This document shows, one piece after another, positions 41,591 to 56,300 of a stretch of 64,000 nucleotides of DNA; within the stretch, counting starts at the first letter, position 1; the number at the start of each line of letters is the position of its first letter. The notes beneath the pieces were generated by a model. That model was not told the DNA's origin. It saw only the letters and a program-made list of their open reading frames with translations, and made no database searches. The position numbers and the translations under genes are program-made. Location of the stretch: assembly GCF_009914755.1 (NCBI RefSeq), contig NC_060930.1. One strand, given 5' to 3'. Source of the DNA: the human T2T-CHM13v2.0 reference genome, Homo sapiens.

Positions 41591-43883
41591 AACACTGTAT
41601 CTTTACACTATTTGCTCATTCTGGACCATTTTCCTCCTTTCTTGCTTCTTTCACTATCTTGCCTACACCCTTCACACCCAATTTCTCTTTCTAGTGAAAT
41701 CCTAGCCATTCTTTGAGACCAAATAAAATACCATCATATCCTAAGCTTTCCTGCATTCCTGGTGGTTAGAATGTACTGTTCCGTACTTGCCACATAAATC
41801 TTTGCTGAATTAGCAAACTGTTCCCATTTGACTGATTGCATGACATCTCATTTCTGTGCCTGTTATAGCACTTTCTTCTTGCTACCTTTTAATCTTTTTA
41901 GTTGTACAGACCTGTCTGCCTGACTACACAACTTGATGACAATGAACTAGCTACATATTAGTCATTTTTAAACATCTCATAGTTTCCAACTAAGTGCATT
42001 GGGCACTGTTGTGAATCAAATTGAATTTAACTGACTACTCTTGGTCTTGCATGGATTTAAGCACATTACATAATCTTTGTCCTTAGAGACAATGATTGTT
42101 AATCGTATCTATAATGGAAATGGAAAATCTTAGGATTTGCTAGTCATTTTTAACTTATCTAAGTATTTCCACTATGATTCACATGCTTTCCATATTCTAA
42201 ATTCTATAAATCATTATCAGATTGGTTAATTCAATATATGTGAATGAATACTCTGCAAATCAACTCTGTGATCCAAGTGAAACAACTCAACTTTTAAGCT
42301 CAGAGTCCTCAAGTAGCAACTCATTAATGAAGCTGAGTTATCTATTCACGCACTGCTCTCTTTTCAAAGAACACTAGGCAATTGTTAAACCAAGCCAAAC
42401 TAGAAAAAGTAACATTGAACTTTTGGGTTTCTAGGGACTACAACCAAAGGAATAAGTCATATTCTTAAATTCTAAACACCCAATGATCATTTGGAAAAGG
42501 CTGATTTAAAGAGGGCAACAACAATAGTTATAATGATGGATAAACTATTATGTTGTGGGTGGATTTCCAAAACCTTTAAAAAATGTTTCATAGTTGAAAA
42601 TTTTTGTAGAAAAAAACTTTTTGTAGTTGAATTTAAAAATTTTTGTAGTTGACAAAATTAAGATCTACTTTCATTCTGTTTGATTAGTACAACTTATAAG
42701 CTCCAGTTTTAAATGTTTTGGAATTTCTACCAAGCATATTTCACAATTCTTCTGTAGTAGAATCTGGAATTTTTGCCACTTTCCCCTCAATAAAGCCCTA
42801 CCCTTCACTGCATGTTAAATATCAAGCAGAAAGAGATAACCAACTTATCCCCAGCTCACATAGTATAATTGGGATTAAAATACAAACGTCCATTTTTTAA
42901 AAGCAAAATTCCGAAGCAACTATTGCTAAATGTTGATATTTTTAAAAAACTGAATAATGGGTACCCAGGCGATTGCTATATTGCTCTCTATTCTTTTCTC
43001 TAGACATGAGCTGTACATTTAAAATAAGGGGGAAAATATCCATATAGTCCAAAAAGTATTAGAGAACTTAATCAGGGAAAGAGTTTCTTGTATTGATTTT
43101 TAATTATCCAAGTTCTCTACTTGCCCCATGAGCACTTAGAAGTCAGAGATATTTCTTTGGTTTTCAGAGGAAGAAACAAAAATAGTTAAGAAGAACCAAG
43201 TGATTCCAGAGCAAGGCCAAGTCCAAGCTCAAGTCAGAGTTAAAATTCCTGGGGTATCAAAGGAAGGGAGGCTTTCTCCAAATACTTATTGGCATAAAGG
43301 ACATTCAATTAGTACTTGTTCGATTAATTGGTTACTGATTTAACAGGAGTAAAAGCTCAACTCCTTGGGACAGGTGGCATATGTCACCTTCTGCTCATCA
43401 TTGACCATGGTAGTGTGGGCCCAAACTCAGGAGACCATTGTGTGACCTTTTTAGTAGTGGTGACAACTTAACACAAAACGACTCCTACTCAGAAGGATCC
43501 CTGCTTTTGTAAGGTGGCTGACCCAGGATGACGGGTACTGCCAATAGTCTTGGTATTGTAGAGCAAAGTTAATGAATCCAAAGACTAGGAAAAGCTACAG
43601 GACCTAAGGGTAAGAAAGAGCAAAAACATCCCAAAGAAATTAATTGTCAAGCAGTTCACCCTCATTTTGCCAGCATTCTGTTTTTACAGAGGTGACTAGA
43701 TGGGATGGATTTGGTTGGTGAAAGAGGCCACAAAACAAGAAAGGGGGTGCATGGTGGCTCTGCTACAGCTCTTTAATTCTGCTCTCTCCTTCAGTTCAAT
43801 TTAGCAGCATTGATTAAACACTTTCAATGAGCACCAATAGTAAGACACTACACTATCCTTTTTCTTCTGCCTCCTCGATGTCT

Positions 43884-43905
43884 TCTCTCTCTCCCTCTCT
43901 CTCTC

Positions 43906-43939
<34 letters not shown>
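43884..43939. repeat. Compound (CT)n(CA)n microsatellite
   Basis: CT run followed by about 14 CA units. Confidence 0.92.
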
Positions 43940-43943
<4 letters not shown>

Positions 43944-46884
43944 GAAATTGTGAGCAGCTTGTTCTGCCCACAGGGAACTTCTGTCCAAAGTCCATGAAAT
44001 GTCACTTTAAGCAACTGTAGAGAGTAGAATGGTGTAAAAGGAAGGTAAACTTCAACTCTCAAGAAAGATATTGCCTGAAAAAAACAAACTGATCTTTTAT
44101 CAAAGCTCATTTCATCACAGCTGTTTTAGGATTCCTTAGTACGGTTTACTCATAACCTAGTTACAACACTTGACTGAGCTTCTCATAAGTGCCACAGCAG
44201 CTACCTATGCAGCCTGGGCCCACCTTTCCAGGCAATGACTGTTCACCTTATCCCCAGTGTCCTTCATTGATGCCCTCCTTCTCTCTGTCCAACATTATCT
44301 CCAACTGCCCATGAAACACTTCCTCCAACAGGAAAGTTCAGGCTTGTCATGCACCTGCTCTTTCTCAGGTGCATATTGGCTCAGATTCCCTTGGGAAGTC
44401 TCCAGTGTCCACTCCTCTAACCAGAATCCTTCCAAACTTTTGCATCTCTACCACAGCAGGCATGCCCCCTGGAAGTCTTCAAACCAGCAAGCCCCTCAGC
44501 TTCCTGAAAGCTCATGAGGCATTGACAGTCTCTCCCCTCACTAGGAACTTACCACATAAACTCTCTGTGGTTTCAGTTACCAGTCTCCCCTAACCAAACT
44601 GAAATCTTCTTTTCAGCTGAAAGTTTGACTTGCAGTCTCTGGGACAGCATCATGGGCCATGGCAGGGCCTTGAGCACCCTGGGTTTCACTGCATGTGTAA
44701 GAGAGAAAAGCAGAGGAGAAGCTCTGGCAATTCAAGGAAATGGGAAAAGTACAAGGACCAGGATATGCCGTGACTTTGAGATGACATGAGTGTGTTAACC
44801 ATGTAGATTTTCCCTTTGTTTTGTCTCAGATGAGGACCTTAACAAGATGCAGGATGATGTTAGTGAAAAGGAAACAGGTCATATGTACCCTGAAGCTTCT
44901 TGGGCAACATGTAAATCAAATTCCCCCTCTCTGAAGAGAGAGACGTCAGAGTCAGAGTCACAGGAAGTACAGGCGTGTGTGGTTGTGTATATGTGTGTGA
45001 CTGTTGTTTGCAGAAGTGACTCCTCCATGGCCATTGATTTCATGCACCTCTCTGGGCAGCCACGGCCCTGGTTAGAGTCAAGATTCCACCTAGGCCAACA
45101 CACTGAGACTGAGAAGGTCCTAGGGGTAATTCTAAAAGGCTGGAGCTGGAAAGGACTTAGACAGCAAGAATCCCAAGTCACCCACTACACAAATGGAGCA
45201 GTGGAGCCTGCAGCTGGTGCAGAGCATGGACGAAGCAGGTTATGGCTGAGCAAGAACAGCCACTCAGGCACTACCTTGGGGTGGGGCACACATGCCCACT
45301 GGGAGCCTTCCTGGGTACTGTAAAACACTGCCAATGCAAAAATCTAGGAGCAGTGAGACTCAGCTTCTCACTAACTTGCCATCCTGGGCTTGGCAGTACA
45401 TGTTGTCTTTCCAAACCTTGTTACTGGGCCTGGCAGTAAAATTTCTCCTCAGAGACTCCACAGGGGAATCAGAGGTGGGTAGAGAAGGTTTAAATAAGTG
45501 CAATGTATGAACAGGTGGAGAAGAGGGATGCCTCAGTGGAGAGGTGCACACAAGGTAAGCCAAAGAGAAGCCAAGGTCAGCCATGGACATATGACTGCAA
45601 AGGCCTCTGGCCAAATTGAGCAACACATTTTCTCCTCTCTGCAGGGGAGGAAAGCCAGACTAGGCACATTCTGGGAGGTGCTTTTGAAAATCCCAGCCTG
45701 CAGAATCCTTTGGCTTACATTACCTATAAATGTTAGGTGACAGCATAGCCTAGAAGCAAAGCTGATGGTAAGATGAGACCCAAAAACAGACTGTTAGGTC
45801 CACTGGAAAACTCCTGCCTTCCCAAGGAGGCCACCAAAACTACAACTTGGAGTCCAAAGCAGGGCCAAACCTCAGAATATGACAGTTCCTTAGGGACTTC
45901 TTGTCAACTTTTTGTCTGAACTTGCCTAAGGCCAAGACATCCTGTGCTTATGCCAGCCTAACCCTCCCGAAGTATGCTTTTATCTCACCCCTCCCTCATC
46001 AGATCACTCCCCTGGTTCCATCCTTCCTCCTGCTTCAAGTCTAAACTTTGCTGCCCTGTTCTAGGCCTCCACAGCCCAGCCCTGCCTCATTCTCCATCCT
46101 ACATTCCTCCCTCACCTCCACACTTTCCTCTTTATTGTCCCCTGCACTCTGTGCTCATTACTAACTCTGTGGTGTCTTTCCCTGCTCTTCTACCCAGATA
46201 GTCCTGTCTTCTCCCTCTGTCTAAAAATAAGCTACCTATTCAGCAAAGTGTGGCTCACTTCTTCCATGAATCCTTCTTCTTTACCAATGCACATAAATCT
46301 CTCCTTTCTCAAAACGTCGTTATAGCTCTCCAATACCCATACGAACCCCAGTCCTATTACTAATGCTAGTGCTGACACTATCACTGATAGTAAAATTTAT
46401 GCTGGCCTAAATTGTAGGTAATTTTATATACTAGCTCACTTAATCCTCCAACAATCCTAAGAGATATGTACTCTGATTATCCCAATATTACATCCCTGAA
46501 AACAAGAAAGGAGATAGAGCACTCCAGTGGTAAGTATTTTCATATTTGGTGGATATTTAATATATAAGAGGCCCTCAGTGGCATCCAATGAGAGGAGAAA
46601 GCTATTACCACTTCTCAGCTATAGGGCCATTGAGGACCTTCACTATTGCCCCCCAAATAAATCATCTCTGACCTGACTCAGGGTCCAGGATAACCAGGCT
46701 TCAGGTGAGGGAAGCAGGAGCATAGGGAGAGTTGCATTTATCACCATAAATATCTTAGGCCTTGTTAAGTATCTGATACATTACATGTGAGCATTACATT
46801 TTGTTGAAGCCATGTATAAACATTCAATTACTATTCCTTGGCCTCCACTGGAGCAGAACTCATGGTCCTTGAAATGATTTATTT

Positions 46885-47125
46885 TGTGTTTTTTATGATG
46901 AATAATTTCAAACATACACAGAATTAGAGGAGTTTAATAAACCCCAGTGTACCTGTAACTCAGATTCAGCAATAATCAACTCACAGCTAGGCTTGTAGAT
47001 TTTCTAAGGGAAAAAGCTTAGAAAGTTTTTAAACTTTGTTCCATTCACCCCTCACCTAAACTCAAATTATTCTGAAGCATATCCAAGACACTGTACCATT
47101 TCCTGATGAGGATATTTCAGAGAGA
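46885..47125 (-). mobile_element. L1MC/ME-like 3' end fragment
   Basis: TAATTTCAAACATACACAGAA..CAGATTCAGCAATAATCAAC..TATTCTGAAGCA. Confidence 0.6.
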
Positions 47126-47519
47126 AAGGAAAGAGAGAAGGGAAACATACATTTTACATAAATTTTACTTTTCCTAAAACAAGGGATGGGACCTAGGAAA
47201 AAGGAATGCAAGACACTCTGTTCCCAGGATGGACAGAAAGTGACTAATTCTCCATTTTAATTGCTTCCCCACTTTATATTATGCAGTTTATTCTTTACCA
47301 TTGTTGTATATGTTGTCCTGTAACTTGTGACCTTAAGGGCCTCACTTGGGTGTGCCTCATTGACTCCAGTTGAATTGGAAACACCTGGCTAACAGCATCC
47401 ACATTATCTTCTTACTGGATTTAATGTTGTATGTTCTTGTGCTCCACATAACATCTGGCTTACCTTCCTCTCATCTTCCCTTCTTAATGTCCTTCCTTCC
47501 TTTCTTACCAATCCCCTCA

Positions 47520-47900
47520 CTTTCTAATAACTTCCTTTTATTAATCTCGTATTTACTGGGCCCAGCTCCTGGCATACAGTAGACAAAGTAAAAATGAGAC
47601 AGGAACATCTAGATGACCAGTGGGGACTTAGAGGTGACAGGAAACTCTTGCAGAATGAGAATGAATTAGCCAATTAAAAAAAAGGAGGTAGCAAGCAGTT
47701 GAACATGGAGGAAGGGCATTCAAGGCAGAAGCAGCAGTTCCAGCAAGGATCTGTGAAGGAAATTTGGGTCCATTTGGAGAACTGAAAAATGTACCATGTG
47801 ACTGGACCAATAAATTTGAGTGGAGAGGGGGTAGAAAATAAGGAGGGTAGAAAATGTAGAATTAAGCATAGTTGAGAGCTTGGATAACAATATTGACTGC
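47520..47900 (-). mobile_element. L2 fragment
   Basis: GGAAGGGCATTCAAGGCAGAAG..GTTCCAGCAA antisense L2. Confidence 0.55.
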
Positions 47901-50900
47901 AGTCATGGGAAGATGGTTTGAGTAGAGCTGAGAGAGAGGGGAATTCTGCTGTGATAGAGATACACAACTATGATGCACTCCCCAAGCATCTGAATTTACC
48001 AAAGCACTTTTCAACTTTGACATCATCTTCTATGAGAACATAGTCTCCCAAGACTAGCTTATCTTTTTGATAATTAACTAAAGACTGTTTCCTCTCCCAG
48101 AGATTTTTCCTTGATTAAGAACTTACATGTTAGCTGGGGAAATCCAGGGCATGCATATTTATTTAGTTTGCAAACATTTATTTTCCTGGAAAATGTTTTC
48201 AAAACAGAAATTAGACTAGACCTTATCTTTTTTATAGATTTGTTTTTCTTTGTACAATGAAATAAAGGCAAAACAATTATAAGGTGGGAGGGTGGGGATG
48301 CAGATAATCATTTTTATTGTGGTGGTTGGTTTTATTAGGTCGACTGTATCTGCAGTGCACCTGTAGAAACTTACTTGGAAATGTTCAGTTCATGGCACAA
48401 GAGCTGTTTAACCATGTAGCTGGGACTTTCAGCTACATCTGTAGAACTCAAAAGGAAATTTAGAGTTGCCAACTGGCTGCTGAATTGGAGTTGTGTAGAT
48501 TATCATTGCCACTGAATGATGTATTCTGGCTATTGTCACTGCCTGCATTTGCTTGCCTGTTAAAAATTCTAAACTTTGCACTTGATTTGTTGCACTTGAC
48601 TTGTTTCAGAGCTCAAGGGTTGAATGGGTGATGTTTTTAAGTTCTAGGGGTCATAAATTTCAATTGCAATGAAGTATGCACTGGAGAGCTCTGGAGTGAG
48701 AAATGTGATTAAATGACCTCTAATGTACCTTCCATTTACATAATACTCTAGTCCTTGAGTCGCAGATGTCTGGAGCTACTAAATAGATCATTCGTTTTTC
48801 TAAAGTAAAACTTAACCCAAACTTCTGGAAGATGATTTAATGACCAGTTTGAATGGTGGAGGGAAGCATTTGATCATACTGGCATCTAGTTTCACACTTT
48901 ATGAGATTTAGATTCAGGATCCACCAAGAACCTTGTTCCAGGACAATGCCAGTTTTTCTGCATCCAGATGTGACATCATTTCCACCCATTTGTTCTCTCA
49001 TTTAAGTCAGGGGCTCACTCACCTGTTTCTCTCATTTTCAACCTGTTTTTCTAGGCTTTGATTATACTGCCTTGCTTGACCCAACTCTCACATTTCACCC
49101 AACTCTCACCCTCATTTGTAAGCTCAATTGCGCCCCAACTCTAGGTATAGATGTGATTTTAGACAGAGGAGGAGCTGTTTGGAGAGCGCTGAGAACCTAG
49201 AATCTCTGTCTTTAAACTCCTACCTTCAGACTGCCACTATTAGGGTTTCTACCTCCTATTTCCAGATGTCAGGGACTAGTTGCCCAACATAGGCTACTAG
49301 ATTTTTTGATACTAACATTCTGTTCTCTGGGCTTTGGCTGGCATCCCACCCTATTCCTGCCTGGAGTCACCTCTGAATGTTATATTGTGAGACCTTGGAA
49401 ATGATCCTTGCAACCTACAAGTCCTAGATCCCTGGGACACATGCCCTCTGGAACCTGCCCCACGTGTCCTCCAGCCAGGCTCACATGTGGACCTTCAGAC
49501 TCCATTGACTCAATGGACCAGCTAGGCTTACTATCCTACAATTCCCTAGTCAGCTCCAGCCCCTGCCAGGCCTGAAGCCTCACTTATGCCCCTAGACTTG
49601 GTTTCTGCCCAAGGAGAAAGTGAAGGTGAAATCTCTAGCTCTGCCAAAGCCTTGCCTCGTTATCAGCACCACATTATCACTTTGTAATTGCTTTTCTCTG
49701 GTGTCAGTTTTCTTTCTTATATGTCCAATCACTGGTCCCTGACCTGGAGCTTGACCTACCATGGTAACAGTATCTGTCTCATGCCTCTTGCTTCCTTGAA
49801 ACTCTCAGAGCCTCCTTAGCTGCTGGGGTATTACCTTACTCTGATATTTAGCTTGAATATACTCTGACCTTCCTGGCTTTAACAAATAGCTGCTGTGGGC
49901 CCAGGACTTCTATCCCAAATCCAGCTTATTTCAATGTTATGATGTAGCTCAGTGTCACCTGGACTCTGTTCTGAAGAAAATAACTATTCCATGAGATAAT
50001 AGGCCTTTGTAAAAAAACAAACTGATTAATTGTAAAGTATATATTTGTTAGGAAGTGTGTATGTCATAATCATGTGAATTTGGGAAATGCTGTGCTAAAT
50101 AATGTCAAGCAGATGACAGGACAGCAAAGTCCTTCACGACAGGACTTTTTGAGTCCATTAATATGCTACTAATGAGCATAATAATATTCAAGGAAGGTGG
50201 AAGGGGTCAGAGTACGTAGCTTTTTTCAAATGTATTGGCCTACTGAAGTTTTTCATGTAGAACACTCTAAACATCTCACCAAAACTTTCCCAGAACGCCT
50301 TTCAGTGATTTCAGCTCCATACTTTGACACTGACCTGGACCCACTTGAACAGGGAAATTTCCCTCTGTCAGAACCTAAAAAAGCATGTTGGTCAAGACAT
50401 CTCTAAATATGAGAATGAAATTGGTCCTTATTTTACACCCACACACAAAAATCAACTCAAAATAGATTAAAGACTTAAACATAATACCTTAAACTGTAAA
50501 ACTCCTAGAAGAAAATACAGGTATCTAGGAGTGGGGGACAGGCCAAGATGGCCAGTTAGAAGCAGCTGTGGTCTGCAGCTTTCACAGAGAAGAATGAAAA
50601 TGGTGAGTGAATTCTGCACCTTCAACGGAGGTATCCAGGTTCTGGCATTGGGACTGACTAGGCAGTCAATGAGACCCACGGAAAGCAAGAAAAAGCAGGA
50701 TGGGGTGACAGCCCACCCAGGAATGGCATGGAGCCAGGGAAGTCCCCACCTCCAGCCAAGGGAGGCAGTGAGTGATTGTGCCACCCTGCCCGGGAAACCA
50801 CACTTTTCCCACAGATCTTTGCAACCCTCGGATCAGAAGATCTCCTTGTGAGCTTGCCCCCTACCTCCAGGGCCTTGGGTCCGAAGCCCAGAGCTGTGCA

Positions 50901-51934
50901 GGCTCTTGGCAGCTTCTCAGGCATGCACAGAAACCCAGGAGTTTTTGCATACTCTGGCCCCAGGAATTCTGGTGAGGCAAGAGTCTGTGCATTCCCCTAG
51001 GAAGGAGGCTGAAACCAGGGAGCCAAGTGACATCATTCTGTGGAACTCACTCCCGTGGCACCTCACAAGTTAAGACCCACTGGCTTGGAATTCCAGCCAG
51101 CCAGTGGCAGCAGGCTGGAGACTACCTGAGACAACTGAGTTCCAACGAGGGGAGAAGGGCAGCTGCCATCTCTACAGCTCGAGTTGGGGGTCCTGGCCTG
51201 CTGGCTTTGGAGAGTTTGGGCAGTCCAAACCATGAGGAATTCCCCACAGTGCAGCACAGTTGCTGTGGCAGTTCATGGCCAGACTGCTTCTTTATGTGGG
51301 AACCCAATCCATCCCTCCTCACTGGGAGGAGCCTCCGTGCATGAATTTCAGCAACTCCGGCCAGGATTTTACTGACAAAACCCTAATCTCCCCGGGACAG
51401 AGCCCCTGGGGGCAGGGGCGGCCATGGTCTCTGTGGTTCAGTGGACTTAACCTTTCTTGCCTGCTGGCTCTGGAGAATATGGGCAGTGTGGATGAGAGGA
51501 GTTCCCACCAGCACAGTGCACCTGCTCTGCCAAGGGGCAGCCAGACTGCTTCTTTCAGATGGTCCCTGATCTTGTTCCTCCTGACTGAGTGAGACCTCCC
51601 AACAGGGGTCTCCAGACACCTCCTAAAGGAGCATTTGGGCCCTCATTAGATCAATCCCCCGGGACAAAGCTTACAGAGGAAGGAGCTGGCTGCCATCTTT
51701 GCTGTTTTTCAGCCTTCAGTGGTGATACCTCCAGGTGTGGGAGGGACTGAGACGATTAGGATCTGGAGTGGACCCCCAGCAAACCACAGCAGCTCTACAG
51801 AAGGGGGGCCTGACAGTTAAAAGAAAAACAGAATAGAAAGCAACAACAAGAACAACATCAACAAAAAAGACCCCACAGAAACCCCATTCAAAGGTCGGCA
51901 ACCTTAAAGATTGAAGGTAGATAAACCCACAAAG

Positions 51935-53260
51935 ATGAGAAAGAATCAATACAAAAATGCTGAAAACTCAAAAAGCCAGAGTGCCTCTTCTCCTCCAAAT
52001 GATCATGACAGCTCTCCAGCAAGGGCACAGAACTAGGCTGAGGCTGAGATGGCTGAATTGACAGAAGTAGGCTTCCAAAGGTGGGTAATAACTAACTTCG
52101 CTGAGCTAAAGGAGCGTGTTCTAACCCAATGCAAAGAAACTAAGAATCATGATAAAACATTACAGAAGCAGATAACCAGAATAATAGCCAGTTTAGAGAA
52201 GAACATAAATGACTTGATGAAGCTAAAAAACACACCGAGAACTTCACAATGCAGTCACACAAGTATCAATAACCAAATAGACCAAGCAGAGAAAAGCATC
52301 TCAGAGATTGTAGACTATCTTTCTGAAATATGACAGGTAGACAAGATAAAGAAAAAATGAAAAGGAACAAACAAAACATATGAGAAAAGACTGAACCTAC
52401 TACTGATTGGGGTACCTGAAAGAGAGGGGGAGAACAGAACCAAGTTGGAAAACATACTTTAGGATATCATCCAGGAGGCCAGGTGCAGTAGCTTACACCT
52501 GTTATTCTAGCACTTTAGGAGGCCGAGGCAGGTGGACCACTTGAGGCCAAGAGTTCAAGACCAGCCTGGCCAACATGGTGAAACCCCATCTCTACTGAAA
52601 ATATAACAATTAGCTCAGTGAGGTTGCATGTGCCTGTAGTCCCAGCTACTCAGGAGGCTGAGGCAGGAGAGTCATTTGGACCCTGGAGGTGGAGGCTGTA
52701 GTGAGCCAAGATCACACCACTGAACTCAAGCTGGGCAACAGAGTGAGACTTTGAATCAAAAAAAAAAAAAAAAAAAGAATATCATCCATGAGAACTTTCT
52801 CAACCTAGCAAGACAGGCTAACATTCAAATTCAAAACCCAGTAAGATACTCCATGAGAAGTTCAACTCCAATACACATAATCATCAGATTCTCCAAAGTT
52901 GAAATGAAAGAAAAAATGAGAGGAGTTCCCACCAGAACTCCTCTAAGCGTAGCCAGAAAGAAAGGCCAGACCACCCACAAAGGGAAGCCCATCAGACTAA
53001 AAATGGGCCTTTCAGCAGAAACCCTACAAGCCAGGAGAGACTGGGGGACAATATTCAACATTCTTAAAGAAAAGAGTGTCCAACCCAGAATTTCATATCC
53101 AGCCAAACTAAGCTTCATAAGCAAAGGAGAAATAAGATCCTTTTAAGGCAAGCAAATGCTGAGGGAATTCATCACCACCAGGCCTGCCTTGCAAGAGCTT
53201 CTGAAGGAAGCACTAAATATGGAAAGGAAAAACTGTTATCAGCCACTACAAAAACACACT
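51935..53260 (+). pseudogene. L1 ORF1 remnant, Alu-interrupted
   Basis: MAELTEVGFQRWVITNF and SAETLQARRDWGTIFNILKEK..PRISYPAKLSF. Confidence 0.88.
52477..52775 (+). mobile_element. AluS inserted in L1 ORF1
   Basis: Full Alu; TSD AGGATATCATCCAGGA / AGAATATCATCCATGA. Confidence 0.93.
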
Positions 53261-53332
53261 GAAGTACACAGACTAGAGATACTACGAAGCAACTACATAA
53301 ACAAGTCTGCAAAATAACCAGCCGGCATCATA

Positions 53333-56300
53333 ATGACAGGATCAAATCACATCACAGTATTAACCTTAAATGTAAATGGGCTAAATGCCCCAATTAAAAG
53401 ACACGGAATGGCAAGCTGGAAAAAGTCAAGATCCATCAGTATGCTGTGTTCAAGAAACCCATCTCATATGCAAAGACACACATAGGCTCAAAATAAAGGA
53501 ATGGTGAAAAATTTACCAAGTAAATGGAAAACAGAAAAAAGCAGGGATTGCGATCCTAAACTAACAAAGATCAAAAAGACAAAGAAAGGAATGGTAAAGT
53601 GTTCAATTCACCAAGAAGAGCTAACTATCCTAAATATATATGCACCCAATACAGGAGCACCCAGATTCATAAAGCAAGGTCTTAGAGGCCTACAAAGAGA
53701 CTTAGACTTCCATACAATAACAATGGGAAACTTCAACACCCCACTGATGATTTTAGACAAATCATTGAGACAGAAAATTAACAAACATATTCAGGACCTG
53801 AACTCAGCTCTGGATCAAGTGGACCTGACAGATATCTACAGAACTCTCCACCCAAAACCAACAGAATATACATACATTCTTCCCATTGCCACATAGACTG
53901 ACTCTAGAATTGATTGCATAATTGGAAGTAAAACACTCCTCAGCAAATGCAAAAGAACTGAGATCATAACAAACAGTATCTCAGACTCAGCACAATCAAA
54001 TTAGAACTCAAATTAGAAACTCACTCAAAACCACATAACTACATGGAAATTGAACAACCTGCTCCTGAATGACTCCTGGGTAAATAATGAAATCATGGCA
54101 GAAATCAAGTTCTTTAAAACTAAGAAGAACAAAGAGACAACGTACGAGAATATCTGGGACGCAGCTAAAGAGGTGTTAAAAGGGAAATTTATAGCACTAA
54201 ATGCTCCACATCAAAAAGCTAGAAAGATCTCTAATTGACAAGTGAACATCACTACTAAAAGAACTAGAAAACCAAGAGCAAATAAACCTCAAAGCTAGCA
54301 GAAGACAAGAAACAACCAAAACCAGAGCTGAACTGAAGGAGATAGAGACACAAATAAACCTTCAAAAAATCAACAAATCCAGGAGTTGTTTTTTTGAAAA
54401 AAAAAATTAATAAAATAGATAGGCCACTAGCTAGACTAATAAAGAAGAAAAGAGAGGAGAATCAAATAGACACAATAAAAGATGATAAAGGGGATATCAC
54501 CACTGACCCCACAGAATACAAACCATCAGAGAATACTATAAACATCTCTATGCACATAAACTAGGCAAGAGAAATCTAGAAGAAATAGATAAATTCCTGG
54601 ACACATACACCCTCCCAAGACAGAAACAGGAAGAAATTAAATCCCTGAATAGACCAATAATGAGTTCTGAAATTGAGGCAGTAATAAATAGCCTACCAAC
54701 CAAAAAAAAAAAAAAAAAAAAAGACCAGGACCAGATGGATTTACAGACGAATTCTACCAGAGGTACAAAGAGGAGCTGGTTCCATTTCTACTGAAACCAT
54801 TTCAAATAATTGAAAAGGAAAGGTTCTTCCCTAACTCATTTTATACAGGCAGCATTATCCTGATGCCAAAACCTGGCAGAGATACAACAAGTAAAGAAAA
54901 TTTCAGGCTAATATCCCTGATGAACATTGATACAAAAATCCTCAATAAAACACTGGCAAACCAAATCCAGCAGCACACGAAAAAGCTTATCCACCGTGGT
55001 CAAGTTGACTTCATCCCAAGGATGAAAGTTTGGTTCAACATATGCAAATCAGTAAGTATAATTCATAACATAAACAGAAGTAAAGACAAAAACCACATGA
55101 TTATCTCAATAGATGTAGAAAAGGCCTCTGATAAAATTCAACATCCCTTCATGTTAAAAACACTTAATAAACTAGATACTGAAGGAACATACCTCAAAAT
55201 AATAAGAGCCATATATACAAACCCACAGCCAATATAATGAATGGGTAAAAGCTGGAAGCATCCTCCTTGGACACTGGCACAAGACAAGGATGCCCTCTCA
55301 CCATTCCTATTCAACACAGTATTGGAAGTTCTGGCCAGGGCAATCAGGCAAGAGAAAGAAATAAAGCATATTCAAATAGGAAGAGAGAAAGTCGAATTAT
55401 CTTTGTTTGCAGATGACATAATCCCATATCTAGAAAACTCCATCATCTCAGCCCAAAACCTTCTTAAGCTGATAAGCAACTTCAGCAGTCTCAGGATACA
55501 AAATCAAAGTGCAAAAATTGCTAGCATTCCTATACGCTAGCAACAGACAAGCAGAGAGCCAAATTATAAATGAATTCCCATTTGCAATTTCTACAAACAG
55601 AATAAAAAATCTAAGAATACAGCTAACAAGGGAAATGAAGGACCTCTTCAAGGAGAACTACAAATCATTTCTCAAGGAAATCAGAGAGGATGCAAACAAA
55701 TGGAAAAATATTCCATGCTCATGGATAGGAAGAATCAATATCGTGAAAATGGCCATACTACCCAAAGTAATTTATAGATTCAATGCTCTTCCCATTAAAT
55801 TATCCTTGACATTCTTCACAGAACTAGAAAAAACTATTTTAAAATTTATATGAAACCAAAAGAGAGCTCATATAGCCAAGACAGTCCTAAGCAAAAAGAA
55901 CAAAGCTGGAGGCATCACACTACTCAACTTTAAACTACTCTACAAGGCTACAGTAACCAAAACAGCATTGTACTGGTACCAAAACAGACATATAGACCAA
56001 TGGAACAGAATAGAGAACTCAGAAATAAGATTGCACACCTACAACCATCTGATCTTCAACAAACCTGACAAAAACAAGCAATGGGGAAAGGAATCTCTAT
56101 TTACTAAATGGTCCTGGGAAAACTGGCTAGCCACATGCAGAAAATTGAAACTGGACCCTTTCCTTACACTTTATACAAAAATTAACTCAAGATGGAGTAA
56201 AGACATAAATGTAAAACCAAAAACTGTAGAAATGCTAGAAGAAAACCTAGGCAATACCATGCAGGACATAGGCAACAGCAAAGATGTCATGATGAAAATG

